Shown here: piece by piece, positions 23,647 through 35,266 of the stretch
Position numbering within the stretch: the first letter of the stretch is position 1
How the letters are laid out: the number at the start of each line of letters is the position of its first letter
From: an uncultured Elusimicrobia bacterium
GTDB lineage: Bacteria > Elusimicrobiota > Elusimicrobia > FEN-1173
DNA: 64,000 nt
NCBI GenBank assembly: GCA_964484135.1
Contig: CAZAEL010000002.1
Span: 4,700-68,699 of the forward strand
Reading direction: 5' to 3'
The notes under the pieces: generated by a model
Told to the model about the DNA's origin: nothing
Databases searched by the model: none
What the model saw: the letters and a program-made list of their open reading frames with translations, nothing else
Position numbers and translations under genes: made by a program

Positions 23647-24004
23647 GTTCATCAAGGAGCTGAAGCATCCCCTCAAAAAGGAAATCGAGGCCCTCCGGGC
23701 CGTCATCCTGAGCGCGGACAAGGGGATGACCGAGCACGTCAAATGGAACGCGCCCAGCTTTTGTTATGAGAACGAGGACCGGGTGACCATGCGGCTGCAG
23801 CCGGGGAACCGCCTCCAGTTGATCTTCCACCGCGGCGCGAAAGCCAAGGACGGCGACGATTTCGCGTTCAATGACCCGACGGGGCTCCTGCAGTGGCTCG
23901 CCAAGAACCGGGCCATGGTGACGTTCCGCGACATGAAGGACGTGCAGGCGAAGAAGGCGGCGCTCCGGCGGGCGGTGAGCCTCTGGGTCAAAACGGCCGG
24001 TTGA
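23600..24004 (+). CDS. DUF1801 (YdhG-like) domain protein
   Basis: [22 protein letters not shown]...HVKWNAPSF pattern; AAGGGGGG RBS. Confidence 0.6.
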   Translation: MTKTERGAAGQAEVDEFIKELKHPLKKEIEALRAVILSADKGMTEHVKWNAPSFCYENEDRVTMRLQPGNRLQLIFHRGAKAKDGDDFAFNDPTGLLQWLAKNRAMVTFRDMKDVQAKKAALRRAVSLWVKTAG

Positions 24005-24041
24005 CGGCGGAAAACGGGAAAAAACAAAAGGACAACCATTC

Positions 24042-27359
<3,318 letters not shown>

Positions 27360-27581
27360 AGGTTCGTTGAAAAAAACGTTATCCACACCCTGTGGGGGGA
27401 AATCCACAGCCTGTTAAAACGTTTTAAAAGAGGGCTTTTCGGTCTTCCCAGGGGTTTTCGACGTAAAAAATCGGTCTTTCTTTCCACAACAACCCGCGCG
27501 TCATCCGCGAGCCAAAAAATATCGTTTTTCCGTCGGAGAACTGACGGAAAAAACCGCTCTTTGACTTTTTTCCGTTTTTAC

Positions 27582-27610
27582 TTGACATACTATATATGGT
27601 TGTGTAGACT
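27582..27610 (+). promoter_or_regulatory. Candidate promoter for nrdR-nrdJ: TTGACA(27582-27587)-17 nt-TAGACT(27605-27610)
   Basis: Consensus -35 with 17-nt spacer; a second TTGACT lies at 27561. Confidence 0.35.
27586..27599. promoter_or_regulatory. AT-rich imperfect palindrome CATACTATATATGG: candidate NrdR box 1
   Basis: The ATATAT core is conspicuous in a 67% GC genome and overlaps the promoter spacer. Established NrdR boxes are roughly 16-bp palindromes with a tATaT centre. Confidence 0.25.
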
Positions 27611-27620
27611 GGGAGGGCAC

Positions 27621-27722
27621 ATGATGTTGGGGATCGAGGCCATCAAGGGGGTCCGTCGGTCTCCCCTACCGGTAGGCAAAACCACGGGGGACACCCCCAT
27701 ATATAGAATGAAGGATCTCTAA
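27621..27722 (+). other. 33-codon upstream ORF (MMLGIEAIKGVRRSPLPVGKTTGDTPIYRMKDL) with GGGAGGG RBS, ending 4 nt before nrdR
   Basis: ATG at 27621 lies 4 nt after GGGAGGG; stop TAA at 27720-27722; the frame differs from nrdR. Confidence 0.25.
27697..27710. promoter_or_regulatory. CCCATATATAGAATG: candidate NrdR box 2, about 20 nt upstream of the nrdR ATG
   Basis: Second isolated ATATATA core, about 110 bp from box 1. Confidence 0.2.
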
Positions 27723-27726
27723 ATAA

Positions 27727-28248
27727 ATGCGCTGCCCGTCTTGCGACCATCCGGAAGACCGCGTCATCGATTCGCGTCCGCTGGAGTCCGCCACCGTGAT
27801 CCGGCGGCGCCGGGTCTGCGCCCATTGCGGCAAGCGGTTCACCACGTACGAGCGGGTGGAGGCCACGCCGCTCATGGTCATCAAGAGCGACAACCGGCGC
27901 GAGCCCTTCAGCCGGGAGAAGCTCAAGCAGGGGATCGTGCGCGCCTGCCAGAAAAGGCCGATTTCTTCCGACACCATCGAAAAGATGGTGGCCGAAGTGG
28001 AGTACGAACTGCAGGACTACGTGTTGGAGGTCCCCAGCCGGGAGATCGGGGACAGGGTGCTGAAGAAGCTTTACCAGATGGATTCGGTGGCGTACGTCCG
28101 GTTCGCCTCGGTGTACAGGCAGTTCGGCGACCTGGACGCCTTTCTCCGGGAACTGAAGAAGCTGAAGAAGGTGCACCAGCGGGAGCAGGCGCGGGGGAAG
28201 GGGAAACGTCCGTCCGCGCAGGAGAGTTCGTTGTCGCAGGCGGTGTGA
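27727..28248 (+). CDS. nrdR: Transcriptional repressor NrdR (zinc-ribbon + ATP-cone)
   Basis: MRCPSCDHPEDRVIDSRP...RRRRVCAHCGKRFTTYE. Confidence 0.92.
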   Translation: MRCPSCDHPEDRVIDSRPLESATVIRRRRVCAHCGKRFTTYERVEATPLMVIKSDNRREPFSREKLKQGIVRACQKRPISSDTIEKMVAEVEYELQDYVLEVPSREIGDRVLKKLYQMDSVAYVRFASVYRQFGDLDAFLRELKKLKKVHQREQARGKGKRPSAQESSLSQAV

Positions 28249-28295
28249 CCTCAAGGGGCGCCGCTCAAAACTTGATTGAGAGAGGGAAAACCGGC

Positions 28296-30857
28296 ATGAA
28301 CACCACACAGACGCAGGTCCGCCCGGCGGAAACCGCCGCCGCGGCGCGCACGGCCATCCGGCTCACGGAGAACCAGAAGAAAGTCATCAAAGACAAATAC
28401 CTCCGGGACGACCCGTCGGCCGAGGCGTGGCTGGACCGCGTGGCCGGCAACGTGGCCCTGGCCGAACTGATCCATTCGCCCCACGCGGAACGCTGGGGCC
28501 TGTGGGAGGACGTGCACTGCCGCGTCACGGACGTGCCCACCCGGCCCGGCCAGGCGTCGCGGCTGGTGCTGTTCCACCACGGCATCCTCTCCTCCAACGA
28601 GCGGGACAGGAACTTCTTCAAATTTTTGGGCAACCTCAAGCGCGCCTGCCAGGAGGTGCCGGAGGCCCGGACCCTGGCCGAGGCCTGGCGCGACCGCTTC
28701 TACAACATGCTGGCCCGCTTCGACTTTTTGCCCAACTCGCCCACCCTCATGAACGCGGGGCGCGACCTGCAGCAGCTCTCCGCCTGCTACGTCCTGCCCG
28801 TGGAGGACTCCATGGAGGGCATCGCCAACGCGGTGAAGGCCCAGGCCCTCATCCACAAGTCGGGCGGCGGCACGGGCTTCTCCTTCCAGCGGCTCCGGCC
28901 CTCCGGCGACGAGGTGAAGTCCACCCGCGGCGTGGCCTCGGGCGCCATCTCCTTCATGCAGATCTTCGACAAGATGACGGACGTGGTCAAGCAGGGCGGC
29001 ACCCGCCGCGGCGCCAACATGGGGATTTTGCCCTACTGGCACCCGGAGATCGAGGAGTTCATCACCATGAAGTCCAAGCCCGGGGTGATGGAGAACTTCA
29101 ACGTGTCCGTGACCATCGACGACAAGTTCATGCAGGCGGTGGAGAAGGGCGAGGATTACGACCTCCTGAACCCCCGCAGCATGAAGCCCATGGGCAAGAA
29201 GGTCAACGCCAAGAAGATCTTCGACATGATGGTGGACTTCGCCTGGCGCACCGGCGACCCGGGCATCATCGTCATCGACCGCATCAACAACTCCAACTCC
29301 AACCCCACGCCGCACCTGGGCCAGATCGAGAGCACCAACCCCTGCGGCGAGCAGCCCCTCCTGCCCAACGAGCCCTGCAACCTGGGGTCCATCAACCTGT
29401 CCAACTTCGTGCGGGGGGAGTTCCTGCACGGCGAGATGGACTGGGAGCGGCTGGGCGAGACCGTGCACCTGGCGGTGCGGTTCCTGGACGACGTGATCGA
29501 CGTGAACAACTATCCCCTGCCCGAGATCGAGGCCCTGTCCAAGGGCAACCGACGCATCGGCCTGGGCGTCATGGGCTGGGCCGAGACCCTCATCAAGCTG
29601 GGCGTCCCCTACGACTCGGACGAGGCCCTGGACAAGGCCCGCGAGGTCATGAAGTTCGTCAACGATAAGGCCCTGGAGGCCTCCGAGGCGCTGGCGCAGG
29701 AACGGGGCGCCTTCCCCAACTGGAAGAACAGCATCTTCGACCCGCAGGGGCCCCACTTCCGGGGGCAGGAGCGCTTTCCCCGCCACTGCGCCCGCACCAC
29801 CATCGCGCCCACGGGAACCATCGGCCTGGCCGCGGGACTGCAGGGGGCCGGCATCGAGCCCTTCTTCGCCATCACGTACGTGCGATACAACGCCAAGGCC
29901 CTGGACGCCCTCAAGAAGGGGGAGACGCCCGACGACGGCGACGTGTTCTACGAGGTCAACCCGCTCTTCCGCGAGGTGGCGCGGCGCAACAATTACTTCG
30001 GCCTCAAGGAGGAGGATCTCTGGAAGAAGGTGGACGCCAACCACAAGTCCGTGCGCGGCGTGGGCGAGATCCCCGAGTGGATCCAGAAGCTCTTCGCCTC
30101 CTCCCACGACGTGGCCGTGCCCTTCCACGTGAAGATCCAAGGGGCCTTCCAGGAGCACACGGACAACGCCGTGTCCAAGACCATCAACATGCCCAACTCC
30201 GCCACGGTGGACGACGTGCGGGACGCGTACTGGCTGGCGTACCGCGCCGGGTGCAAGGGCATCACCATCTACCGCGACGGGTCCAAGTCCCAGCAGGTGC
30301 TGAACCTGGGCGCCGCCGCGGACAAGACCGCGGCCGCGGCCCCGGCCAAGCGCGCCCGCGACGCCTCCGGCGGCATTTCGTCGGAGTACTATGAGATTCG
30401 GACCGGCTACGGCCCCCTGCACATCCACATCGACTACGACGAGCAGGGGCCGTACCGGCTCTTCGTGAACCTGCCGCCCATCGGCACCGAGATCTCGGGC
30501 CTGACCTCCATCGTGGGCGTGCTGCTGTCGAAATACCTGGAGACGGGTGGGGACCCGGTGCGCATCCTCAAGCACCTGAACTCGGTGAAGGGCGACCGGC
30601 CCTACGGGTTCGGGGCCCAGCGGGTGGACTCCATCCCGCACGCCCTGGCCATCGCCCTGCGGGCCCACCTGCAGAAGACCGGGAAGCTGGAAGGGGGAGG
30701 GCCGGTGGCGGCGGCGCCGCGCGCGGCCAAGACCCTGGAGCTGTGGGACAAGTCCGCGGCCCTGTACTGTCCCGAGTGCTACTCCAGCAACGTGGCCCAC
30801 GAGAGCGGCTGCTCCGGCGTGACCTGCCACGACTGCGGCCATTCGGAGTGTTCGTAA
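28296..30857 (+). CDS. nrdJ: Class II (adenosylcobalamin-dependent) ribonucleotide reductase with C-terminal Cys-rich zinc-ribbon tail
   Basis: LPNSPTLMNAGR...SACYVLPVEDSMEGI...SGGGTGFSFQRLRPSGD; C-terminus CPECYSSNVAHESGCSGVTCHDCGHSEC. Confidence 0.9.
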   Translation: MNTTQTQVRPAETAAAARTAIRLTENQKKVIKDKYLRDDPSAEAWLDRVAGNVALAELIHSPHAERWGLWEDVHCRVTDVPTRPGQASRLVLFHHGILSSNERDRNFFKFLGNLKRACQEVPEARTLAEAWRDRFYNMLARFDFLPNSPTLMNAGRDLQQLSACYVLPVEDSMEGIANAVKAQALIHKSGGGTGFSFQRLRPSGDEVKSTRGVASGAISFMQIFDKMTDVVKQGGTRRGANMGILPYWHPEIEEFITMKSKPGVMENFNVSVTIDDKFMQAVEKGEDYDLLNPRSMKPMGKKVNAKKIFDMMVDFAWRTGDPGIIVIDRINNSNSNPTPHLGQIESTNPCGEQPLLPNEPCNLGSINLSNFVRGEFLHGEMDWERLGETVHLAVRFLDDVIDVNNYPLPEIEALSKGNRRIGLGVMGWAETLIKLGVPYDSDEALDKAREVMKFVNDKALEASEALAQERGAFPNWKNSIFDPQGPHFRGQERFPRHCARTTIAPTGTIGLAAGLQGAGIEPFFAITYVRYNAKALDALKKGETPDDGDVFYEVNPLFREVARRNNYFGLKEEDLWKKVDANHKSVRGVGEIPEWIQKLFASSHDVAVPFHVKIQGAFQEHTDNAVSKTINMPNSATVDDVRDAYWLAYRAGCKGITIYRDGSKSQQVLNLGAAADKTAAAAPAKRARDASGGISSEYYEIRTGYGPLHIHIDYDEQGPYRLFVNLPPIGTEISGLTSIVGVLLSKYLETGGDPVRILKHLNSVKGDRPYGFGAQRVDSIPHALAIALRAHLQKTGKLEGGGPVAAAPRAAKTLELWDKSAALYCPECYSSNVAHESGCSGVTCHDCGHSECS

Positions 30858-30940
30858 AACACGACGGCGTGCCCGGTGGGGGAGCGCTGCCGTATGGTCG
30901 TCAGGTCGTATTGAGGCCTTTGCCGTGACTGAAGCACAGA

Positions 30941-30962
30941 AACACGGAAGCACCGCAGCACC
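30941..30962 (+). promoter_or_regulatory. 22-nt leader motif AACACGGAAGCACCGCAGCACC upstream of dcd (copy A); 30928-30945 ACTGAAGCACAGAAACAC is also repeated
   Basis: 21/23 identical to 32818-32840 upstream of the guaB-family gene. Both lie 22-28 nt before an AAGGAG RBS. Confidence 0.45.
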
Positions 30963-30983
30963 TTTTTTCTAAAGGAGACAAAC

Positions 30984-31541
30984 ATGTCCGTAAAATCAGA
31001 TGGATGGATCCGCCGCATGGCGCTGGAAGAAAGGATGATCGAGCCTTTCGTGGAGTCCCAGGTGCGCGAGGGCGTCATCTCCTACGGGGTGTCCAGCTAC
31101 GGCTACGACATCCGCGTGGGCAACCAGTTCAAGATCTTCACCAACGTGCACAACACCATCGTGGACCCCAAGCGTTTCGACCCCAAGTCCTTCGTGGACA
31201 TCACCACCAACGACCACGTCGTGATCCCGCCCAACTCCTTCGCCCTGGCCCAGACCGTGGAATATTTCCGCATCCCCCGCAACGTCATCACCGTGTGCGT
31301 GGGCAAGTCCACGTACGCCCGCTGCGGGATCATCGTGAACGTGACGCCGTTCGAGCCGGAGTGGGAGGGCTTCGTGACCCTGGAGATCTCCAACACCACG
31401 CCCCTGCCGGCCCGCATCTACGCCAACGAGGGCATCGCCCAGGTTTTGTTCTTTGAATCGGACGAGATGTGCCAGACCTCCTACGCCGACAAAAAGGGGA
31501 AATACCAGAAGCAGACGGCCATCACCCTCCCGAGGCTGTAA
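30984..31541 (+). CDS. dcd: dCTP deaminase
   Basis: [22 protein letters not shown]...YGYDIRVG...[34 protein letters not shown]. Confidence 0.9.
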   Translation: MSVKSDGWIRRMALEERMIEPFVESQVREGVISYGVSSYGYDIRVGNQFKIFTNVHNTIVDPKRFDPKSFVDITTNDHVVIPPNSFALAQTVEYFRIPRNVITVCVGKSTYARCGIIVNVTPFEPEWEGFVTLEISNTTPLPARIYANEGIAQVLFFESDEMCQTSYADKKGKYQKQTAITLPRL

Positions 31542-31636
31542 AGGCGCGAAAAGCGAAAGGCGAACAGCGAAAAGGGAACAAGCCGGCCGGTCCCTTTCGC
31601 CTTTGGCCGTTTGCTTCCTGCGCCCCTCGTAAAAAC

Positions 31637-32755
31637 ATGGATCTGGACGAAAAAAGCATCACCCCGCTGACGGACATCGCGGACCTCGAGGACCGGGGCC
31701 ACCGCATCGTGGAGGCCCTGGCCGGGGACATCACCGCCACGGAGACCACCCGGCGGCTGCTGGAGAAGCTCCAGCACGAGAAAAAGGACAGTTTCTACAG
31801 CGACGTCCTCTGCTACGTGACCTCGGAGCGGTACCCCGAGAGCCAGGCCCAGTCCATGTGGAACGACATCAAGAACCACAAGTTCTTCATGAGCGAGCGG
31901 CTGGGCCGCAACGTGGGCATACGCGTCGCGGCCATCGACTACCTGGTGAACGTGCGCAAGCTGATCCACGCGCCGCGGGTGATCAAGTCGAGCGACTTCC
32001 GCCAGACGGTCAAGTGGGCGCGCACCGACCCCCTGACGGGGCTGCACAACCGCCGCTACTTCACGGAGCAGGCCAACCGGATCCTGGAGGTGGCCAACCG
32101 CATGCAGGTGCCCGTCACCCTGATGATGGCGGACCTGGACCATTTCAAGCCGTTCAACGACCGGCACGGCCACCAGGCCGGCGACCTGTTGCTCCAGGAG
32201 GTCGGGCGCATCGTGCGCGGCTGCGTGCGCAGCTCAGACGTGGTGGCCCGGTACGGCGGCGACGAGCTGGCCCTGCTCCTGCCCAAGGCCTCCAAGGCGG
32301 ACTCGGTGCCCGTGGCGGAGAAGATCCGGATGCAGATCGAGGAGAACTGCCAGCCCATGGGCGTGACCATCAGCATCGGCGTGGCCCAGTACCCCCAGGA
32401 CGCCGCCAACCGGGAAGACCTGATCACGGCCGCGGACGAGGTGCTGTACCGCGCCAAGGAGTTCGGCGGAAACAAAGTCTGCTACTTCCACGCCACGCGG
32501 TTCTTTTTCGCGTCCAAGGACCCCGAGACGCAGAACGTCAGCCTGGTGGGGGACTTCAACAACTGGAACACCCGCACCCATCCCATGGGGCGGCTGAGCG
32601 ACGGCCGGGGCTGGGAGCTCGAGGTCACGCTCAAACCGGGGCGGTACCGGTACAAATTTTTGGTCAACCACACCCATTGGCTGCCGGACCCGTCGGCCAA
32701 GGAGTTCGAGAGCGACGGTTTCGGCGGGCAGTGTTCGGTGGTGGTGGTGAAATAA
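31637..32755 (+). CDS. Diguanylate cyclase (GGDEF) with C-terminal AMPK-beta/CBM48-type glycogen-binding module and uncharacterised N-terminal domain
   Basis: RYGGDELALLLP with upstream LMMADLDHFKPFNDRHGHQAGD; C-terminus VSLVGDFNNWNTRTHPMGRLSDGRGWELEVTLKPGRYRYKFLVNHTHWLPDP. Confidence 0.7.
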   Translation: MDLDEKSITPLTDIADLEDRGHRIVEALAGDITATETTRRLLEKLQHEKKDSFYSDVLCYVTSERYPESQAQSMWNDIKNHKFFMSERLGRNVGIRVAAIDYLVNVRKLIHAPRVIKSSDFRQTVKWARTDPLTGLHNRRYFTEQANRILEVANRMQVPVTLMMADLDHFKPFNDRHGHQAGDLLLQEVGRIVRGCVRSSDVVARYGGDELALLLPKASKADSVPVAEKIRMQIEENCQPMGVTISIGVAQYPQDAANREDLITAADEVLYRAKEFGGNKVCYFHATRFFFASKDPETQNVSLVGDFNNWNTRTHPMGRLSDGRGWELEVTLKPGRYRYKFLVNHTHWLPDPSAKEFESDGFGGQCSVVVVK

Positions 32756-32767
32756 AAACGTGTTCCA

Positions 32768-32793
32768 GTGTTTCCGTGCTTCAGTGCTGCGGT
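32768..32793 (-). repeat. Inverted copy of the GAAGCAC/GCAGCAC repeat (GTGTTTCCGTGCTTCAGTGCTGCGGT is the reverse complement of ACCGCAGCACTGAAGCACGGAAACAC)
   Basis: 17/18 match to ACTGAAGCACAGAAACAC at 30928-30945 in opposite orientation; can pair with 32819-32849 to form a long hairpin. Confidence 0.4.
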
Positions 32794-32817
32794 TAAAACC
32801 TTTTTATGTTTAACTGC

Positions 32818-32840
32818 AACACGGCAGCACCGCAGCACGG
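32818..32840 (+). promoter_or_regulatory. 22-nt leader motif AACACGGCAGCACCGCAGCACGG upstream of the guaB-family gene (copy B)
   Basis: See copy A; 28 nt upstream of ATG 32868 with AAGGAGA RBS. Confidence 0.45.
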
Positions 32841-32867
32841 CAGCACGCCTCTTAAGGAGAAAAGATA

Positions 32868-34031
32868 ATGGCATTTTTCATCGGACGTGACAGGGAGGCC
32901 CGGCGTTCCTACGGGTTCGACGAGGTGGCCATCGTGCCGGGTTCCATGACCGTTGACCCGGAGGACACCAATACGGAGACGGCCATCGGCCCGGTCAAGC
33001 TCAAGATCCCCTTCGTGGCCAGCGCCATGGACGGGACCGTGGACGTGAAGTTCGCCCTGGCCATGAGCCAGCTGGGCGGCCTGGCCGTCCTGAACCTGGA
33101 GGGCCTGCACACGCGGTACGAGGACCCCTCCGGCCCGTACGAGGAGATCACCAAGGCCTCCCCCGAGGAGGCGCCCAAGGTCTTCCAGAAGATTTACTCC
33201 CAGCCCATCAAGGAGGCGCTCATCGCCAAGCGCGTCCAGGAGATCAAGAAGGGCGGCGGCGTCGCGGCCGTGTCCTGCGTGCCCAAGAACGCCAACAAGT
33301 TCGGGCCCCTGGCGGCCAAGGCGGGGGCGGACGTGTTCGTGGTGCAGGGCACCGTGGCCACCGCCCAGTACGTGTCCTCCAAGGGGACGCCGCTGGACCT
33401 GGCCAGGCTCTGCAAGGAGATCCATATCCCCGTGGTGATCGGGAACGTGGTGACCTATTCCGCCGCGCTGGAGCTGATGGAGACCGGCTGTTCCGGCATC
33501 CTGGTGGGCGTGGGGCCCGGCGCGGCCTGCACCTCCCGGGGGGTGCTGGGCATCGGCGTGCCGCAGATCACGGCCACGGTGGACTGCGCCGCGGCGCGGG
33601 ACTTCTATTTCAAAAAGACCGGCCGTTACGTGTCCATCATCACCGACGGCGGCATGACCAACTCCGGCGACGTGTGCAAGGCCTTCGCGGCCGGGGCGGA
33701 CCTGGTGATGATGGGGTCCACCTTCGCCCGCGCCAAGGAGGCGCCGGGCCGGGGCTACCACTGGGGCATGGCCATGCCGGACCGTTACCTGCCCCGCGGC
33801 ACCCGCATCTACGTCGGCACCAAGAGCACGCTGGAGGAGGTGCTCTTCGGGCCCGCCACCCAGGAGGAGGGGCTCCAGAACTTCGTGGGCGCGCTCCGCA
33901 CCTGCATGGGGTACGTGGGCGCCAAGACCATCAAGGAGTTCCAGCTCGCGGAGCTCATCATCGCGCCCGAGATCAAGCACGAGGGCAAGCTCTTTCAGCA
34001 GGCCCAGCGGGTCGGCATGGGGAAAAAGTAG
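32868..34031 (+). CDS. IMP dehydrogenase / GMP reductase family protein (GuaB-like, no CBS insert)
   Basis: [35 protein letters not shown] and catalytic-loop region [20 protein letters not shown] (catalytic Cys motif). Confidence 0.75.
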   Translation: MAFFIGRDREARRSYGFDEVAIVPGSMTVDPEDTNTETAIGPVKLKIPFVASAMDGTVDVKFALAMSQLGGLAVLNLEGLHTRYEDPSGPYEEITKASPEEAPKVFQKIYSQPIKEALIAKRVQEIKKGGGVAAVSCVPKNANKFGPLAAKAGADVFVVQGTVATAQYVSSKGTPLDLARLCKEIHIPVVIGNVVTYSAALELMETGCSGILVGVGPGAACTSRGVLGIGVPQITATVDCAAARDFYFKKTGRYVSIITDGGMTNSGDVCKAFAAGADLVMMGSTFARAKEAPGRGYHWGMAMPDRYLPRGTRIYVGTKSTLEEVLFGPATQEEGLQNFVGALRTCMGYVGAKTIKEFQLAELIIAPEIKHEGKLFQQAQRVGMGKK

Positions 34032-34095
34032 CGACGTTTCACTGATCTTTTCCGCCGCAGCGCTCACTTCACAACAAGACTTCTTCGGATCGCAG

Positions 34096-34147
34096 GTCCC
34101 TCCGGCCGGTCGTTTCGGACAACGGGCCGGGGGGAGGTCTTTTCTGT
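34096..34147 (+). terminator. GC-rich hairpin (TCCCTCCGGCC...GGCCGGGGGGA, about 11 bp including one G-T) followed by TCTTTTCT
   Basis: About 65 nt after the guaB-family stop; stem then T-rich tract. Confidence 0.4.
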
Positions 34148-34195
34148 CGCGAAGGTTCGCGGGGCGAGACGCCCCCAAAGACGATAGGAGGTCAA

Positions 34196-34423
34196 ATGAA
34201 TCGAATCATGTACAAGGGGTGTGAGATTCATGCGGTGCCTTTTCGGTCGTCGGTTTCCAACCGGTGGAACGCGCATGTCTATATTTCGGTCAACCACGGC
34301 AAGACGGTGGACACCCTGCAATTCACGGACGGGTGCGGCGTGGAGCGGGAGGACAGGGCCGTCCAGCATTGCTTCGACTTCGGCAGGCAGATCATCGACG
34401 GCAAGCTGGCCGTGCCGGTGTGA
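34196..34423 (+). CDS. Hypothetical small protein (75 aa)
   Basis: GGAGG RBS 5 nt upstream of ATG; no recognisable motif; GC intermediate (about 58%). Confidence 0.4.
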   Translation: MNRIMYKGCEIHAVPFRSSVSNRWNAHVYISVNHGKTVDTLQFTDGCGVEREDRAVQHCFDFGRQIIDGKLAVPV

Positions 34424-34468
34424 TACGGGGCTCTGCATTTAAGGGCCCTCTTGGATTTTAGGAGGGTT

Positions 34469-35266
34469 ATGGCAAAAAGATTGATTTTTATCAGTTGCGG
34501 ACAACAGACCAAGGTTGAAAAGAATTTAGGCTCCGAGATAAAAAACCTGGTGGATCAAACCCCAGGTTTTGAAGGGTATTTTGCGGATACCGTCAATTCA
34601 CTGGAGGCTTTATCTGTAAACATATTTGAGGCTATCAGAAAGTGTGATGGCGCGATTTTCTTTTTTCATGAAAGAGGAAAGGTGGTAGATTCTAGCGGGG
34701 AAATTTGGGGAGTGCGTTCTTCTGTTTGGGTTAATCAAGAGATTGCTCTTTTGGCCTATCGCAAGTATTTAGAACAAACGGGAATCCCTATCATTGCGTT
34801 TAAAGATGGGTCAGTGTTGTTGGAAGGTGCTATGACAAATCTTATTGTTAATCCGCATTTAATTTCTTCAAAAGAGGAAATTGAATCGAAAATATCCAAA
34901 TGGCTACTGGAGGCAAAGTTTCCAAATAAAGATATTGATATGAATAAGCCTGGTTTTGAGAAAAAATGGGGTCGTCTGTCGGAAAATGCAAGGTATGTCC
35001 TTATGGCTTTAGTTGATGAGGGTGGAAAAGATGTGGCAGAACATCTCGTGCGACAGGGGTTTAAAACGTATCAACGCTTTCCAAGCGAGCAAGAAGGAAA
35101 CGGTGCTTTTACCCTGGCAAAGGCCGAGCTTTTCAATGTTGGATTTATTAAGAAGGAAGAGGCATTTAGAATAATGAATATTCACGAGAATTGGCAACTT
35201 ATGATCAAAGAAGCCGTTGTGTCACTAAAAGAACAAATCGAGTTAGAGAAACTCTTACTTAAATGA
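34469..35266 (+). CDS. DUF4062-like (TIR-like / nucleoside 2-deoxyribosyltransferase-like fold) domain protein with about 130-aa C-terminal extension; low-GC (about 40%) foreign gene; alternative TTG start 34451
   Basis: RLIFISCGQ...EIKNLV...[19 protein letters not shown]...[28 protein letters not shown] matches the DUF4062 pattern (IFIS ... CD ... RYG ... S-x-E). GGAGGG RBS. The stop TGA overlaps the guaA ATG (ATGA). Confidence 0.55.
   Translation: MAKRLIFISCGQQTKVEKNLGSEIKNLVDQTPGFEGYFADTVNSLEALSVNIFEAIRKCDGAIFFFHERGKVVDSSGEIWGVRSSVWVNQEIALLAYRKYLEQTGIPIIAFKDGSVLLEGAMTNLIVNPHLISSKEEIESKISKWLLEAKFPNKDIDMNKPGFEKKWGRLSENARYVLMALVDEGGKDVAEHLVRQGFKTYQRFPSEQEGNGAFTLAKAELFNVGFIKKEEAFRIMNIHENWQLMIKEAVVSLKEQIELEKLLLK

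Noticed and set aside
27379-27387. Perfect DnaA-box 9-mer TTATCCACA (plus a second ATCCACAG nearby) in the carB-nrdR intergenic region
   Set aside because: Single isolated box with no cluster of boxes, no AT-rich DNA-unwinding element and no dnaA/dnaN/gyrB context. Most likely chance or a minor DnaA regulatory site, not oriC.
31542-31636. Direct repeats of CGAAARG (GCGAAAAGCGAAAGGCGAACAGCGAAAAGGG) and hairpin AAAGGCGAA...TTCGCCTTT after dcd
   Set aside because: Probably just the dcd terminator/leader. Too short to call a repeat family; mentioned only for completeness.
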